Shown here in pieces: positions 19,449 to 28,638 of a stretch of 64,000 nt of DNA. Position 1 is the first letter of the stretch. Each line of letters starts with the position of its first letter. This DNA is from an uncultured Gammaproteobacteria bacterium. Its GTDB lineage: Bacteria > Patescibacteriota > Patescibacteriia > Magasanikbacterales > UBA922. The translations under genes and the position numbers were made by a program. Location of the stretch: assembly GCA_964612105.1 (NCBI GenBank), contig CAZTEU010000002.1, positions 83,697-147,696 of the forward strand, in the 5' to 3' direction. The notes under the pieces were generated by a model. That model did not search any database and had not been told where the DNA came from. It worked only from the letters and a program-made list of their open reading frames with translations.

Positions 19449-20303
19449 ATGCACCTAAGACAGTTCTTATTCCTCGCTTTCTGCTTACTACTTGTTGGTG
19501 CTGGTTGTGGCTCAGAAGAATTAACACCTATAGTAGTTGAACAACCACAGGCACCCGCTGCCCCAACAGCAGAAATGCGCCCAGATACTGAACCTCCTCG
19601 CGCACAAGCGTATGAGTTTTGTGAATCACAAGGATACAATATAGCAATGTATTATGATGAAGGCTCTCAAAAACCTGTCATTTCTTGTGTGTTTTCTAAT
19701 AATACCCAATGTGATTCAGTCTTATTCTATAAAGGAATGTGCGGACCAAGCGCTGGAGGAAAAATAGTAGCAGATACTTACGACCCAAATCTTACAGCTC
19801 TTCGTTATTGTGACAAAAATTCTCCACACGTTTGTGGTACAAACGGTCAGAACTACACAAATCGTTGTGTTGCAACTCAACAAGGAGCAATGGTTCTTCA
19901 TGAGGGTCTATGTAATGAATCAGAGCAAGTAGAACCGTTTCTTGTCGGTAATTCTTCCGCACCACTTCCATCTGACTCATTAACAAGCGGACAAAAGGAT
20001 GCTGGAGTTACTCCGCAGAAACAACAAGACACTGGAGAGACGGCAACCTGGTTAACCATATTGTTCGATGTAGTAAAAGCACAGAAAGCAAAAAGTCCAA
20101 GATCTATTGTAGACAGGTGTGTAAATGGTGGAGAAGTATACTACTATTACCAAGAAGACAGTTCCAGTGGGTTTGCAATATTATATGGAAGTGATGGAAA
20201 TATAACCTGCTTTCCAAATAATGACATAACTAGTTCCTGCGGATGGTTTGATAGCAAAAACAGAAGTAGTACATGTAAGCGGATTTGGAGAGATAACAGA
20301 TAA
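19449..20303 (+). CDS. secreted lipoprotein with Kazal-type protease-inhibitor domain
   Basis: Signal peptide + lipobox (LVGAGCG); C-x7-VCGTNGQNYTNRC-x14-C Kazal signature. Confidence 0.6.
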   Translation: MHLRQFLFLAFCLLLVGAGCGSEELTPIVVEQPQAPAAPTAEMRPDTEPPRAQAYEFCESQGYNIAMYYDEGSQKPVISCVFSNNTQCDSVLFYKGMCGPSAGGKIVADTYDPNLTALRYCDKNSPHVCGTNGQNYTNRCVATQQGAMVLHEGLCNESEQVEPFLVGNSSAPLPSDSLTSGQKDAGVTPQKQQDTGETATWLTILFDVVKAQKAKSPRSIVDRCVNGGEVYYYYQEDSSSGFAILYGSDGNITCFPNNDITSSCGWFDSKNRSSTCKRIWRDNR

Positions 20304-20314
20304 TCCATAGGCTA

Positions 20315-20343
20315 TTGACAAAATATACAAACGTGGGTATAAT
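20315..20343 (+). promoter_or_regulatory. consensus promoter TTGACA-N17-TATAAT for rplA; -10 lies in the loop of a 9-bp stem hairpin (AAACGTGGG...CCCACGTTT)
   Basis: TTGACA 20315-20320; TATAAT 20338-20343; palindrome seen directly. Confidence 0.5.
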
Positions 20344-20408
20344 GCGCCCACGTTTTATTAATGTGGGACCTTGACCATTCAGGGGTTTGAACCACGTAAA
20401 AAAATCAT

Positions 20409-21095
20409 ATGGAAAATAAATCAAAGCGTATGACTGACAGCTTGTCAAAAATAGACAAGACACGTAGTTATGCATTAGATGAGGCAATTGACCTTATCAA
20501 AGAAACAAGCAAAGTGAAGTTCGACGCATCTGTCGAAGTCCACATGCGTCTTGGAATTAGTACAACAAAGAGTGATCAGCAGATTCGCTCAACTGTAACA
20601 CTTCCACACGGAACAGGAAAGACAAAAAAGATTGCAGCTTTTGTTGGACCAAACGACGAGGCAGCAGCAAAAGGTGCTGGAGCAGACCTGGTTTACGGAG
20701 AAGAAGAAATTAAACAAATTAAAACATCAGGAAAGCTAGATTTCGATATTGCAGTAGCAACCCCAGAGATGATGCCAAAACTTGCTCAAATAGCAAAGAT
20801 ATTGGGACCTCGTGGCTTAATGCCAAACCCAAAAACAGACACAGTTGGTCCGGATATAGCAAAAATAGTGGAAGAGCTAAAGAAAGGAAAGGCTGGGTTT
20901 AAGAATGACGATACAGGAAACATTCACATGAATATTGGAAAAATAAGCTTCGATAATCAAAAGATTAAAGAAAACTTTCAAGCCTTCCTTGACACCATTA
21001 AAAAACTAAAGCCTGCGGGAGTTAAAGGGACATACATTAAAAATGTATACCTAACAAGCTCAATGGGTCCAAGTGTAAAAGTAGTAATAGACTAA
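20409..21095 (+). CDS. rplA: 50S ribosomal protein L1
   Basis: ...VEVHMRLGI...TVTLPHGTGKTKKIAAF...LGPRGLMPNPKT... canonical L1. Confidence 0.9.
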   Translation: MENKSKRMTDSLSKIDKTRSYALDEAIDLIKETSKVKFDASVEVHMRLGISTTKSDQQIRSTVTLPHGTGKTKKIAAFVGPNDEAAAKGAGADLVYGEEEIKQIKTSGKLDFDIAVATPEMMPKLAQIAKILGPRGLMPNPKTDTVGPDIAKIVEELKKGKAGFKNDDTGNIHMNIGKISFDNQKIKENFQAFLDTIKKLKPAGVKGTYIKNVYLTSSMGPSVKVVID

Positions 21096-21106
21096 AAAAC
21101 TCATAA

Positions 21107-21137
21107 AAATCACCCCTCGAAAGAGGGGTTTTTTGTT
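21107..21137 (+). terminator. Rho-independent terminator after rplA
   Basis: CCCCTCgaaaGAGGGG + ttttttgtt. Confidence 0.65.
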
Positions 21138-21191
21138 AGTTGCATACGAACCCCAGATTTGATAAACTCACTGTACATATAATATAAAAAT

Positions 21192-21680
21192 ATGAACGAA
21201 TATCATAAAAGACCAAGTTGGGATGAGTATTTTATGGAGATTACCCGATCTGTAGCAAAACGTGCAACTTGCGATCGAGGAAGGAGTGGTTGTGTAATTG
21301 CACGAGATAAACAAATATTAGTCAGTGGGTATGTAGGATCCGCAGCAGGGCTTCCTCACTGTGATGAGGTTGGACACCAGATGAAAAAAGTCACCCATGA
21401 AGATGGGAAGGAAACAAATCATTGTGTAAGGACAACCCATGCGGAACAAAATGCAATTGTACAAGCAGCAAAGACTGGTGTGTCCATAGACGGAGCAACT
21501 CTCTATTGTCGCATGACACCATGCACTGTTTGTGCACGCATGATAATAAACTCTGGAATCAAAAAAGTTGTTTGCGAAAGAAAATACCACGCAGGAGCAG
21601 AGAGTGAAGAAATGTTTAGGAAGGTTGGTATAGGATTAAATTATGTTATAGAGGAGTTAGAAAAATATGATAACCAATAA
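21192..21680 (+). CDS. dCMP deaminase (ComEB/cytidine-deoxycytidylate deaminase family)
   Basis: Zinc-binding HAEQNAI ... PCTVCARMI motifs. Confidence 0.8.
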   Translation: MNEYHKRPSWDEYFMEITRSVAKRATCDRGRSGCVIARDKQILVSGYVGSAAGLPHCDEVGHQMKKVTHEDGKETNHCVRTTHAEQNAIVQAAKTGVSIDGATLYCRMTPCTVCARMIINSGIKKVVCERKYHAGAESEEMFRKVGIGLNYVIEELEKYDNQ

Positions 21681-22227
21681 GATAATCTTTGGGTTTGTTG
21701 GGCAAATTGCCAGTGGAAAAGGTGCAGCCACTAATCACCTAAAAGAAAAATATGAAGCAAAATCCTACCGCTTCTCTACAATGTTAAGAGATGTTGTAGA
21801 TCGTATTTATATAGAACAGAATCGAGAGAACCTGCAAAAAATATCACGTGTACTGCGAGAAAACTTCGGGGAAGATGTTATGGCAAGAGTAATGTCAGAA
21901 GATGTAAAAAATGATAATAGTAAATTTATTGTAATAGACGGTATACGCAGACCGAGTGATGTTGCATACCTAAAAGATGTTCCTGGTTTTGTTCTTATAA
22001 GCATAGAAGCAGACATAGAAAAGCGCTATGAACGAATAGTCAAAAGAGGAGAAAATCCAGATGAAACAAACAAAACAATGGAAGAGTTTAAAGAAGACAG
22101 CAGGCGTGAGTCTGAACTCAAAATAGATGAAATTGCAGAGCAAGCACACGAAAGAATAGACAACAACGGCTTGTTGGACGACCTATACAAACAGTTGGAT
22201 GAGCTTGTAGAGAAGTATGGAAATTAA
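21667..22227 (+). CDS. P-loop nucleoside/nucleotide kinase (dNMP-kinase-like)
   Basis: Walker A GQIASGKG near the N-terminus; embedded in the dTTP-synthesis cluster. Exact specificity not determinable. Confidence 0.5.
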   Translation: MITNKIIFGFVGQIASGKGAATNHLKEKYEAKSYRFSTMLRDVVDRIYIEQNRENLQKISRVLRENFGEDVMARVMSEDVKNDNSKFIVIDGIRRPSDVAYLKDVPGFVLISIEADIEKRYERIVKRGENPDETNKTMEEFKEDSRRESELKIDEIAEQAHERIDNNGLLDDLYKQLDELVEKYGN

Positions 22228-22639
22228 GGTAAAGATATTAAAAGAAGGTGCCAAAATGCCCACTTACGCCCACCCTGGAGATGTTGGAATGGATTTATAT
22301 TCTCTAGAGGATTATGTACTATATCCGGATGAGAAGAAAATATTTTATGTTGGTTTTGCCTTAGAGTTTTCAAATGGATATTCAGCAATTGTAAAAGACA
22401 AAAGTAGTTTTGCTGTTGCGGGACTTCACACAAATGGAGGTGTTTTCGATGCTGGATACAGAGGAGAGTATAGTGTGCAACTAACTAACCTTAGTAAAGC
22501 GCCTTTTGAAATAAGCAAAGGTCAAAAAATAGCTCAGCTATTAATCATACCTGTGGAAATAGCTAAACTTGTAGAAGTAAGTGAGTTATCTGATTCTTCT
22601 AGAGGTGAAGGAAAGCACGGCAGTACAGGTAAATTCTAA
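22217..22639 (+). CDS. dut: dUTP diphosphatase
   Basis: Trimeric dUTPase motifs (AHPGDVGMDL, GLHTNGGVFDAGYRGE). Confidence 0.85.
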   Translation: MEIKVKILKEGAKMPTYAHPGDVGMDLYSLEDYVLYPDEKKIFYVGFALEFSNGYSAIVKDKSSFAVAGLHTNGGVFDAGYRGEYSVQLTNLSKAPFEISKGQKIAQLLIIPVEIAKLVEVSELSDSSRGEGKHGSTGKF

Positions 22640-22642
22640 TAT

Positions 22643-23515
22643 ATGCAATCATACTTAAATATTGTAAAAAGAGTCCTTGATGAGGGTGAAGAAAAAGGAA
22701 ACAGAACAGATACTAGGGCTATTGCTGTTGCTGGTGCTATGTTTGAACACGACATGAGCAAAGGTTTTCCTCTTCTTACTACAAAAAAAATGCCTTTTAA
22801 GGTTATAGGAACAGAGTTGGAGTTTTTTATTAAAGGAATTACAGATAAACAATGGTTGCAGGAAAGAAAGTGTCATATTTGGGATGAATGGTGTAATCCA
22901 AAAAAAGTTGCATATGGTCACGATGCAGAAACAAAACAGAAGATGATGGAAGAGCGAGATCTTGGAGCAGTGTATGGTTTCCAATGGAGACACTATAACG
23001 CTTCTTATGATAGTTATGACACAGATTATACAGACAAAGGAGTAGACCAGCTAAAAAGAGTTGTAAATACATTAAAAACAAACCCCACTGACAGACGAAT
23101 GATAGTGATGGCGTGGAATCCGGGAATGATGGATCAGATGGCACTCCCCCCTTGCCATTATGGTTTCCAAGTTACTGTTACAAACGGAAAGCTAAACTTA
23201 CTGTGGAATCAGCGTTCTGTAGATGTAATGCTTGGTCTTCCTTTTAATATAGCTAGCTATGCTATACTTCTTCATCTGCTGGCAAAAGAGACTGGTCTGA
23301 AGGAAGGAAAGCTTATTGGTTTCTTAGGGGATGTGCATATATATGTGAACCATGTAGAGGGAGCAAGAGAGCAACTATCTAGAGATCCAAGTCTTTACCC
23401 TCTTTGTAAGATTGAGACAGATCCCTTTACTTCTATTTTTGAATGGGAGGCTAGTCACACTAAAAAAACAGGATATGAAAGTTATCCAAAGATTCCATTC
23501 CAAATAGCCGTATGA
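22643..23515 (+). CDS. thyA: thymidylate synthase (ThyA)
   Basis: GFPLLTTKK, active-site LPPCH, full-length 290 aa. Confidence 0.9.
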   Translation: MQSYLNIVKRVLDEGEEKGNRTDTRAIAVAGAMFEHDMSKGFPLLTTKKMPFKVIGTELEFFIKGITDKQWLQERKCHIWDEWCNPKKVAYGHDAETKQKMMEERDLGAVYGFQWRHYNASYDSYDTDYTDKGVDQLKRVVNTLKTNPTDRRMIVMAWNPGMMDQMALPPCHYGFQVTVTNGKLNLLWNQRSVDVMLGLPFNIASYAILLHLLAKETGLKEGKLIGFLGDVHIYVNHVEGAREQLSRDPSLYPLCKIETDPFTSIFEWEASHTKKTGYESYPKIPFQIAV

Positions 23516-23985
23516 TATCACTAGTTGTAGCAACCTCAAAAAATAATTGTATTGGTAAAGATGGAGATCTTCCATGGCATATTCCAGAAGATTTAAAGCA
23601 TTTCAAAAAAATTACCACGGGTCATGTTGTATTAATGGGAAGAAAGACTTGGGAGTCCATTCCAGACAAGTTCCGCCCATTACCAAACAGAAAGAATATC
23701 GTTATTACCAGGCAAGAAAACTATTCTGTTCCAGAAAATGTAGAGGTATATAACTCCATTAATGATGCACTGTCTGCACATAAGGATGAAGACATAATGA
23801 TTATTGGTGGGGGTGGCATATATAAGCAAACAATGGAGCAGGCAGATGTTTTATTTATTACTCATGTGAACAAAGAGGTGGATGGAGACACTTTCTTTCC
23901 GGAAATAGACCCTTCTAAATGGAAAGAGGCAGAACGAGAAGATCACGATGAGTTTTCTTTTGTAAAATATGTTCGTAATAATTGA
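23512..23985 (+). CDS. folA: dihydrofolate reductase
   Basis: IGKDGDLPWHIPEDLKHFKKITTGHVVLMGRKTWESIP canonical DHFR. Confidence 0.85.
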   Translation: MISLVVATSKNNCIGKDGDLPWHIPEDLKHFKKITTGHVVLMGRKTWESIPDKFRPLPNRKNIVITRQENYSVPENVEVYNSINDALSAHKDEDIMIIGGGGIYKQTMEQADVLFITHVNKEVDGDTFFPEIDPSKWKEAEREDHDEFSFVKYVRNN

Positions 23986-24673
23986 TGGTATAGATGGCTC
24001 TGGAAAGAGTACAATCATACAGGCGTGGTCAGAACAATTACAGAACCAAGGCAAAGAAATAGTCTCTCTTAAAGATTATTGGAATACTAATAATGAACAT
24101 CCTACTCTTGCAGAAGTAGAGCATGCAGATGTAATTATTTCTGCAGAACCAACAACTGTGTGGGTTGGTGCAGGTATTCGTAAGGAAATAATCAGCAACA
24201 GCACTGACTACTCTGCCCTCTCTACTGCTAATGCGTATTCACTAGACAGACTGATGCTTTATAAAAGACTTTTAATACCCCTTTTGGAAAAAGGTAAAAC
24301 TATAATCCAAGATAGGGGCGTCACAACATCATTATGCTATCAGCCAATACAGGACTCATCATTATCAAGAAGTATTATAAAAGAATTAGAAGGAAACAGG
24401 TTAGCACTAGAACACAGTCCAGATCATCTGGTAATTGCTGACCTTTCTCCTGAGGTTGCTATGCAAAGACTTGGATCTCGTCATGACAAAAATGACAATG
24501 CTCAATTTGAACAGAAGTCTTTCTTAGAAGAAGCCAGAAAAACCTTTTTGGAAGAAGAATATCAAAATATTTTTACTGAGCGTGGAACCAAAATACACAC
24601 ATTGAACACAGGTGCCTCAATTGATATAATGAAGCAAGAAGCTATAAAATTATTTAATACAATAACAAAGTAA
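23969..24673 (+). CDS. tmk: thymidylate kinase-like
   Basis: P-loop IIDGIDGSGKST; position after thyA-folA. Confidence 0.7.
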   Translation: MFVIIDGIDGSGKSTIIQAWSEQLQNQGKEIVSLKDYWNTNNEHPTLAEVEHADVIISAEPTTVWVGAGIRKEIISNSTDYSALSTANAYSLDRLMLYKRLLIPLLEKGKTIIQDRGVTTSLCYQPIQDSSLSRSIIKELEGNRLALEHSPDHLVIADLSPEVAMQRLGSRHDKNDNAQFEQKSFLEEARKTFLEEEYQNIFTERGTKIHTLNTGASIDIMKQEAIKLFNTITK

Positions 24674-24676
24674 AAT

Positions 24677-25408
24677 ATGTTAATACCTGCCGGAAAACTG
24701 ATGACTAGTAGTGCAAAAATATACAAAGATAAGTTTAAACAACTAGGGCACTATGTATGGATTATGCTAATTCCAACTTTATTGATTGCTGTCGTAGATA
24801 AAAAAACTGGATTAGTTGCAATTCCTGGAATATTCCTTAATGTTTTTATTAGTCTTGCTCTGTCTGTTCTTCTAATTTGGATTTCCATTGCATTAATTCG
24901 CGCAACAGCAAGCGCAATTAATAATAAGCCAATAAAAAAATACTCCAAAGAGCTTCGAGATACATCTTCTCTTATAATACCAATGATATTTGCATCGATA
25001 TTAAGTGGAGCGGCAGTATTAGGTGGTTTGATACTACTAATAATTCCTGGAATAGTGTTTATAATTTGGTTCACTTTTGTAAGTCAAGAAATTGCACTAA
25101 ATGGAAGATCTGCTACACGCTCACTAAGCACCAGTAAAGACCTTGTAGAAGGGCGCTGGTGGGCAGTGTGTTGGCGTGTTGTTGCCCCAGGATTTATTTT
25201 CTTAGTAATTGTTGCAATTATTCAAATGATTGTAGGTCTTATCTTGTTACCTCTAAACCTACTTGGAAATATCGGAACTGGCACGTACTATGTGATTACA
25301 TTGTTAAGCACACTTATACACACAACAATATCTGTTTTCTTCATTCCTTGGATTACTCTTGTGTCCACAATGCTGTTCCTAGATTTACAGGCACATCCCA
25401 AAAAATAA
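24677..25408 (+). CDS. hypothetical polytopic membrane protein
   Basis: Multiple hydrophobic helices; no family recognised. Confidence 0.4.
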   Translation: MLIPAGKLMTSSAKIYKDKFKQLGHYVWIMLIPTLLIAVVDKKTGLVAIPGIFLNVFISLALSVLLIWISIALIRATASAINNKPIKKYSKELRDTSSLIIPMIFASILSGAAVLGGLILLIIPGIVFIIWFTFVSQEIALNGRSATRSLSTSKDLVEGRWWAVCWRVVAPGFIFLVIVAIIQMIVGLILLPLNLLGNIGTGTYYVITLLSTLIHTTISVFFIPWITLVSTMLFLDLQAHPKK

Positions 25409-26965
25409 ATGAGCAAATACCAAACAATAATTGGAATGGAGGTTCATGTAGAACTAAAAACTCGTTCTAAGATGTTTTGTTCGTGCAAAAATGAGCCAGA
25501 ACTAAAAGACCCAAACACAAATATCTGCGAAATCTGTGTAGGACATCCAGGAACATTACCTGTTCCAAACAAACAAGCAATAGAATGGACAGCTCTAATT
25601 GGTAAAGCTCTTGGTTGTAATATAAGAGAGCTATCAAAATTTGACCGTAAGCATTACTTCTACCCAGACCTCCCAAAAGGATATCAGATATCTCAGTATG
25701 ATGAACCAATTGCAGAAAATGGAAAGATGACGCTCAGCCTTGCACTAGAAGACAACATTCGTGATATTGCAGAAATTGGAATAGAGCGCGCTCATTTAGA
25801 AGAAGATACAGCAAAACTAATTCATAATTCAGACAAAAGTACACTTGTGGATTTTAACCGTGCAGGTACTCCCCTTGTGGAAATTGTTACAAAGCCAGAT
25901 TTTAAGACTGCACTAGAAGCAAAAACGTACTGTCAAGAACTACGAACATTAATGCGTGCCCTTGGTGTAAGCGACGCAGACATGGAAAAGGGGCAGATGC
26001 GCTGTGAAGCAAATATCTCTGTGCAAGAGGCTGGTCAGTTTGAAATCGCAGATAATCTTGTTAAACCACTTGGTGATTACAAACTAAATGCCAAGGTTGA
26101 ACTAAAAAATATTAGTTCATTCAAGGCAATAGAGAAAGCAATACTATTTGAAACAGAAAGACAAATAAGTATGTTAGAAAAAGGAGAGGTGTGGACTCAG
26201 CAAACACGTGGATGGAACGACGCAAAAGGAGAAACAGTTATGCAAAGGAAAAAAGAGACTTCTGCTGACTATAGGTACTTCCCAGATCCAGACATACCAC
26301 CCTTTCACCCAAATAAAATAGCTGGAGACTTAAAACTTCCAGAATTACCACAAGCTAAAAGAGAAAGATTCCATGAGGAGTATGGTTTTTCATACGCAGA
26401 CGCTAAACTACTTTCAGATAATAAGGACTGGGCAAACTTTACTGAGTCAGTAATGAGTGAGTTAGTTGATTGGCTGTATAACTTACCAGAGATAAGTGGA
26501 GACAGTGATGACATTAAAGAACAGAAAAAAAATAAGATTGCGCGTCTTGCGGGAGGTTGGATGACAAATAAACTTCTTGGATACATAAAGGAAAAGAATA
26601 TTAGAATATCTGATATTAAGGTAACTCCTGAAAACTTTGCAGAATTAATGGCACTTGTATATGCTGAGCGTGTTAACTCAACAAATGCTCTTAAAATACT
26701 GGTAGAAATGATCGAAAGTAAAACAGACAGGGACCCAACTCACATTATGGAAGAGAAAGGGTACGGTCAGATAAAGGATGAGGGAGCTTTGTTATCTGTT
26801 ATAGATGAGGTTATAATAAACAATCCTGCACAAGTAGAACAATATAAATCTGGTAAGGAAACAGTAATTAAGTTTCTAGTGGGAATGGTTATGAAAGCAA
26901 CAGAAGGAAGTGCAAATCCACAGATAGCAGAAAAGCTACTTGTAGAAAAGTTAAAAATTAAGTAG
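25409..26965 (+). CDS. gatB: Asp/Glu-tRNA amidotransferase subunit B
   Basis: IIGMEVHVELKTRSKMFCSC... canonical GatB N-terminus; C-terminal YqeY-like domain. Confidence 0.9.
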   Translation: MSKYQTIIGMEVHVELKTRSKMFCSCKNEPELKDPNTNICEICVGHPGTLPVPNKQAIEWTALIGKALGCNIRELSKFDRKHYFYPDLPKGYQISQYDEPIAENGKMTLSLALEDNIRDIAEIGIERAHLEEDTAKLIHNSDKSTLVDFNRAGTPLVEIVTKPDFKTALEAKTYCQELRTLMRALGVSDADMEKGQMRCEANISVQEAGQFEIADNLVKPLGDYKLNAKVELKNISSFKAIEKAILFETERQISMLEKGEVWTQQTRGWNDAKGETVMQRKKETSADYRYFPDPDIPPFHPNKIAGDLKLPELPQAKRERFHEEYGFSYADAKLLSDNKDWANFTESVMSELVDWLYNLPEISGDSDDIKEQKKNKIARLAGGWMTNKLLGYIKEKNIRISDIKVTPENFAELMALVYAERVNSTNALKILVEMIESKTDRDPTHIMEEKGYGQIKDEGALLSVIDEVIINNPAQVEQYKSGKETVIKFLVGMVMKATEGSANPQIAEKLLVEKLKIK

Positions 26966-26975
26966 GTTAAGAAAT

Positions 26976-27008
26976 ATAAAACAGGCTATTAGACCTGTTT
27001 TATTATTG
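26976..27008. terminator. bidirectional terminator between gatB and the convergent gene
   Basis: aaAACAGGctattagaCCTGTTttatt. Confidence 0.5.
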
Positions 27009-27013
27009 ATTAA

Positions 27014-27712
27014 TTATTCCAAACCACCAATGATTTTCTTGAAGTTCTTGTAATCACTGTAGCTAATACTACCAGATTTGTAATGCTTGCGCGCCTCTCT
27101 TCCTAGTTTTCTCCTATCACGAAAAGAGAATTTAGATCCTGTACTCTTATTTTTCGCTCTATCTTCTATCATTTTGTTCAATATCTTTCTGTCTGAGGCT
27201 GACATACCCTTTTTCTGATATCTGTCTTTTTTTACAACACCTCGCATGGTCTTTTTTAGCCCACCAAAACCAGATAATTTGAATGACCTTCCTTTCCTTA
27301 GGGCTACTTTTCCGGGTTTCGACATTGCAAGTTCCTCAGCTTCTTTAGCTTGTCTTTCTTTTATCTTTCCTCTTATGTGTGCATATCTTCTTCTGTCTGC
27401 CGCCTCTTGATCATAACCATCATCTCCATCATTTACCATCTGAGCAGGTGAATTTATGGATGTGCGAGCCTGTGCCCTTTCTTTTCCTTGATGATGAATA
27501 GAAGTGGTAGCTGTCTTATCTGCAGGATCATCCCCGGCGTGACCAATAGATGTTGTAGCCTTTGCTCTTTCCTTGTGTTGTTTTAGCTGGGATGTACTAA
27601 AATTTTGCGCATGTCCTGTGCTGGGGTTAGGTTTTGCACCAGACGAACCAACTGGCATTACTGGTGGGAGATTTGAAGTCATATTCATTATTTTAAAAAC
27701 TCTTTCACACAA
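27014..27712 (-). CDS. hypothetical highly basic protein
   Basis: K/R-rich, no family recognised; overlaps the miaA end. Confidence 0.35.
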   Translation of the reverse strand: MCERVFKIMNMTSNLPPVMPVGSSGAKPNPSTGHAQNFSTSQLKQHKERAKATTSIGHAGDDPADKTATTSIHHQGKERAQARTSINSPAQMVNDGDDGYDQEAADRRRYAHIRGKIKERQAKEAEELAMSKPGKVALRKGRSFKLSGFGGLKKTMRGVVKKDRYQKKGMSASDRKILNKMIEDRAKNKSTGSKFSFRDRRKLGREARKHYKSGSISYSDYKNFKKIIGGLE

Positions 27713-28623
27713 TTACTAGCTTCGTTAATGTCCTTTATCCAAACTATCCTTTTGTCTCTACGAAACCAAGAAAGTTGTCGTCTAGCTAGTCTCCTTGTGT
27801 CTCTCTTTAATGTTTCTACTGTTTTTTCTAAATCTTGATCTCCTTTGAGATATGGACGAAACTGACTATATCCAATTCCTTGCATACTTGGTAAATCCCA
27901 GCTGTATTTCTGCCTTACAAGTGCACGCACCTCAGATTCTAGCCCTTCGTCAATCATCTTATCTACCCTTTTGTTTATTCTATCATACAGAATATCCCTA
28001 GGAACCTCAACTCCCATTATTAGAAGGTTAAACATCGGTGCGCTTTTTGTGCGCTGTTCAGAAAAAGGCTCACCTGTAAAAATACAAACCTCTAGTGCAC
28101 GAATTAGTCGTCGTTTATTCTTTTTATCTATTGTTTTCATTATGTCTGGATCCATTTGTTCTAGTAAATCGGAAAGTTCATCTAGACTTTTCTCATCCAA
28201 ATTTGCCCGGAGTTGCTTGTTTGGTGCAACACGTGGAATCATGTAATTATCTATTACAGCAGAGACATAGAGTCCTGTTCCACCGACTAGCATAGGTAGT
28301 CTTTTGTTTTTATTTGCTAATTTTATGTACTTAATTGCCTTATCGCGAAACTCTGCAACAGTAAACTTTTTTCCTGGATCCATGAAATCAATTAGGTGGT
28401 GCGGAATATCATTTACCATGTACGTACGCCTAAATCCATTTCTTTCCCACTTACCCTTCACCTTTGCTGTACCAATATCCATCTTCTTATAGAACTGACG
28501 AGAGTCTGCAGAGATAATTTCTCCATTAAACTCTTTTGCCAAATCTAAACTAATCGACGTCTTACCAGACGCAGTCGGTCCAATTAAAACTAGGAGTTTT
28601 GGCAAATTACTAGATTTCTTCAT
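27688..28623 (-). CDS. miaA: tRNA dimethylallyltransferase
   Basis: P-loop LIGPTASGKTSISL, ...ISADSRQFYKKMDIGTAKV. Confidence 0.85.
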   Translation of the reverse strand: MKKSSNLPKLLVLIGPTASGKTSISLDLAKEFNGEIISADSRQFYKKMDIGTAKVKGKWERNGFRRTYMVNDIPHHLIDFMDPGKKFTVAEFRDKAIKYIKLANKNKRLPMLVGGTGLYVSAVIDNYMIPRVAPNKQLRANLDEKSLDELSDLLEQMDPDIMKTIDKKNKRRLIRALEVCIFTGEPFSEQRTKSAPMFNLLIMGVEVPRDILYDRINKRVDKMIDEGLESEVRALVRQKYSWDLPSMQGIGYSQFRPYLKGDQDLEKTVETLKRDTRRLARRQLSWFRRDKRIVWIKDINEASNCVKEFLK

Positions 28624-28638
28624 ACCACTAATCTTTTC

